Assembly: GCA_030602965.1 (NCBI GenBank)
Contig: JAUVYS010000002.1
Location: 1-46,433, forward strand
Length of the DNA: 46,433 bases
Reading direction: 5' to 3'
Source: Candidatus Bathyarchaeota archaeon
GTDB taxonomy: Archaea; Thermoproteota; Bathyarchaeia; RBG-16-48-13; JAGMEO01
Shown: one piece after another, positions 45,410 through 46,433 of the stretch
How positions within the stretch are numbered: position 1 is the stretch's first letter
Layout: every line of letters starts with the position of its first letter
Notes under the pieces: model-generated
What the model saw: the letters and a program-made list of their open reading frames with translations, nothing else
The model's database searches: none
What the model was told of the DNA's origin: nothing
Translations under genes and position numbers: made by a program

Positions 45410-45508
45410 GATAGAGAAAGAGAATAAGAGAGGAAAAGACAGAGAAGGAGAGATAGGGAGAGAGAGGGAGAAGGAGAGAGAGAGGGAGAAGGAGAGAACA
45501 GAGAAAAA
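45410..45508 (+). repeat. ~100-bp polypurine (GA) tract
   Basis: Almost only G/A; GAGAGAGGGAGAAGGAGAGA occurs twice. Confidence 0.85.
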
Positions 45509-45701
45509 TATAAATACTTATTTTATTACCCTAAGATCAAGCGCGTTTAGAAGTACGTAGATCTGGGATATACGCCTATCTTCTAATCCAAGGACAGCTT
45601 GTTTTTCTCAGATCTACTGTACCGTTTTTTAAGTAATATTTAAAAAGGATCTCCTTTAGTACCTATTTCTTGGATTAGAAAATAGGTAATTGTGCTAACC
45701 G

Positions 45702-46191
45702 TTAGGAATAGAGAAACTTCCAACACGGTTGTCGATCAAGTAATTGATCAGTGATAACTTGCGGAATGAAACTCTGAGAAATAAATCAATTAGCGGGAAA
45801 CACCTTCTAGGGGCCTATGGATGGGCGACGGAGGCTGCCAACCTACTTTCGTTCTATATAAATGGGATGGGAAAACTGGTATATGAGAAGCTCAATGTTT
45901 CTGATTGACAGATCCAGGAACTACCGACCAACGGCAAGATTTGATACTAGCTGTCCCACACTGTGTAGAAGAAGGATAGAGGTTTAAGCTTACTTTCTGA
46001 TTCCCTGATAAGCCTGTACCCATGTCGATATGGGAAGAGGTGTTTATCAAGTGAAGCCTGGGATACGTGACATGTGTCTCCGCGATTTCGGTGACGGATC
46101 GGTGATAATAAGTCCATTGATGAAGTTCAATGATGTGGGCTTGTTGCTGGGAGGAAAGGGCTGAGATAGACGAGGGTGGGTGTATTCCCTA
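45702..46191 (+). ncRNA. Candidate large structured non-coding RNA (or ssDNA element)
   Basis: ORF-free; more than ten mutually compatible helices, including 45841-57/46166-81; many G-U pairs on the plus strand; GUAA tetraloop. Confidence 0.6.
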
Positions 46192-46433
46192 GTGTTAAGT
46201 CTAAATCATATATTACTTAAAACACAAAACATAAAAAAATTATGTTAGTATGTGTTTGGAGAATTCCAGTGGAAATGGAGGTTGGGGGTTTGGTATTTAA
46301 ATGTTTTGTTTGTTTGGGTAGGATCTACCCGGTAGGTTTGTACCCTACACAGCCCTTCCTGTCTAGGACGTTGAGGGGTTCGGTGTAAGTCTGGGTTTGG
46401 GTTTGGTAGGAGTTCTCAAAGACGGGCTTTGTG

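Larger units (their letters stand above)
1..46433. mobile_element. Archaeal extrachromosomal element, probably a membrane-containing virus with plasmid-like maintenance
   Basis: No housekeeping operons; many small orphan and Zn-finger ORFs; ParA module; homing endonucleases; a long operon of beta-rich and membrane proteins; archaeal-type promoters, GINS domain and RpoP. No terminal repeat seen, so completeness is unknown. Confidence 0.75.

Noticed and set aside
45342..45560. 72-aa plus-strand ORF (RE repeats)
   Set aside because: By-product of the stop-free GA tract; it overlaps the promoter and start of the minus-strand RHH gene.
46149..46162. GAGGAAAG resembling the RNase P RNA conserved region
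   Set aside because: Not followed by UCC, lies near the 3' end, is paired in the model, and the other RNase P conserved regions are not visible.
45691..46260. Group II intron
   Set aside because: GTGCT rather than GTGYG, no recognisable domain V, no interrupted gene and no reverse transcriptase.

Overview
The window looks like most or all of an archaeal extrachromosomal element, most plausibly a membrane-containing virus maintained as a plasmid. It is gene-dense with AT-rich promoters and GGTGA/GAGG ribosome-binding sites. I recognised no rRNA, tRNA, CRISPR array, integrase, terminase, portal, DNA polymerase, helicase or packaging ATPase. Archaeal origin rests on a Gins51 C-terminal domain, an RpoP/Rpo12 homologue and BRE/TATA promoters; a TACK/Bathyarchaeia-like host is a guess. 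Layout: (1) 1-6.4 kb, small minus-strand genes (DUF2958-like, DUF932-like, Zn fingers) behind a repeated GCAAAA-N8-TATA element; (2) 6.4-13.2 kb, accessory genes (papain-like protease, capsid-like paralogue, wHTH, AEP-like ORF, unannotated RpoP); (3) 13.2-16.6 kb, putative replication genes (wHTH, GINS-B-domain fusion) and a LAGLIDADG endonuclease; (4) 16.6-27.4 kb, putative virion module; (5) 27.5-39.3 kb, NitT/TauT ABC importer and a glycosyl/phosphotransferase cluster; (6) 39.4-45.4 kb, nucleases, ParA plus a mini ParB-peptide/RHH protein with a heptad-repeat centromere candidate; (7) an ORF-free, highly base-paired right end. Best leads: a short [MI]-[VP]-[FLI]-L-[YF]-[EDP] tag on the N- or C-terminus of nine otherwise unrelated proteins, a ~490-nt nested structured RNA/ssDNA candidate, a non-canonical promoter class paired with a mobile RpoP, and a GINS-domain fusion. 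All family calls come from motif recognition by eye; no searches or folding programs were run.
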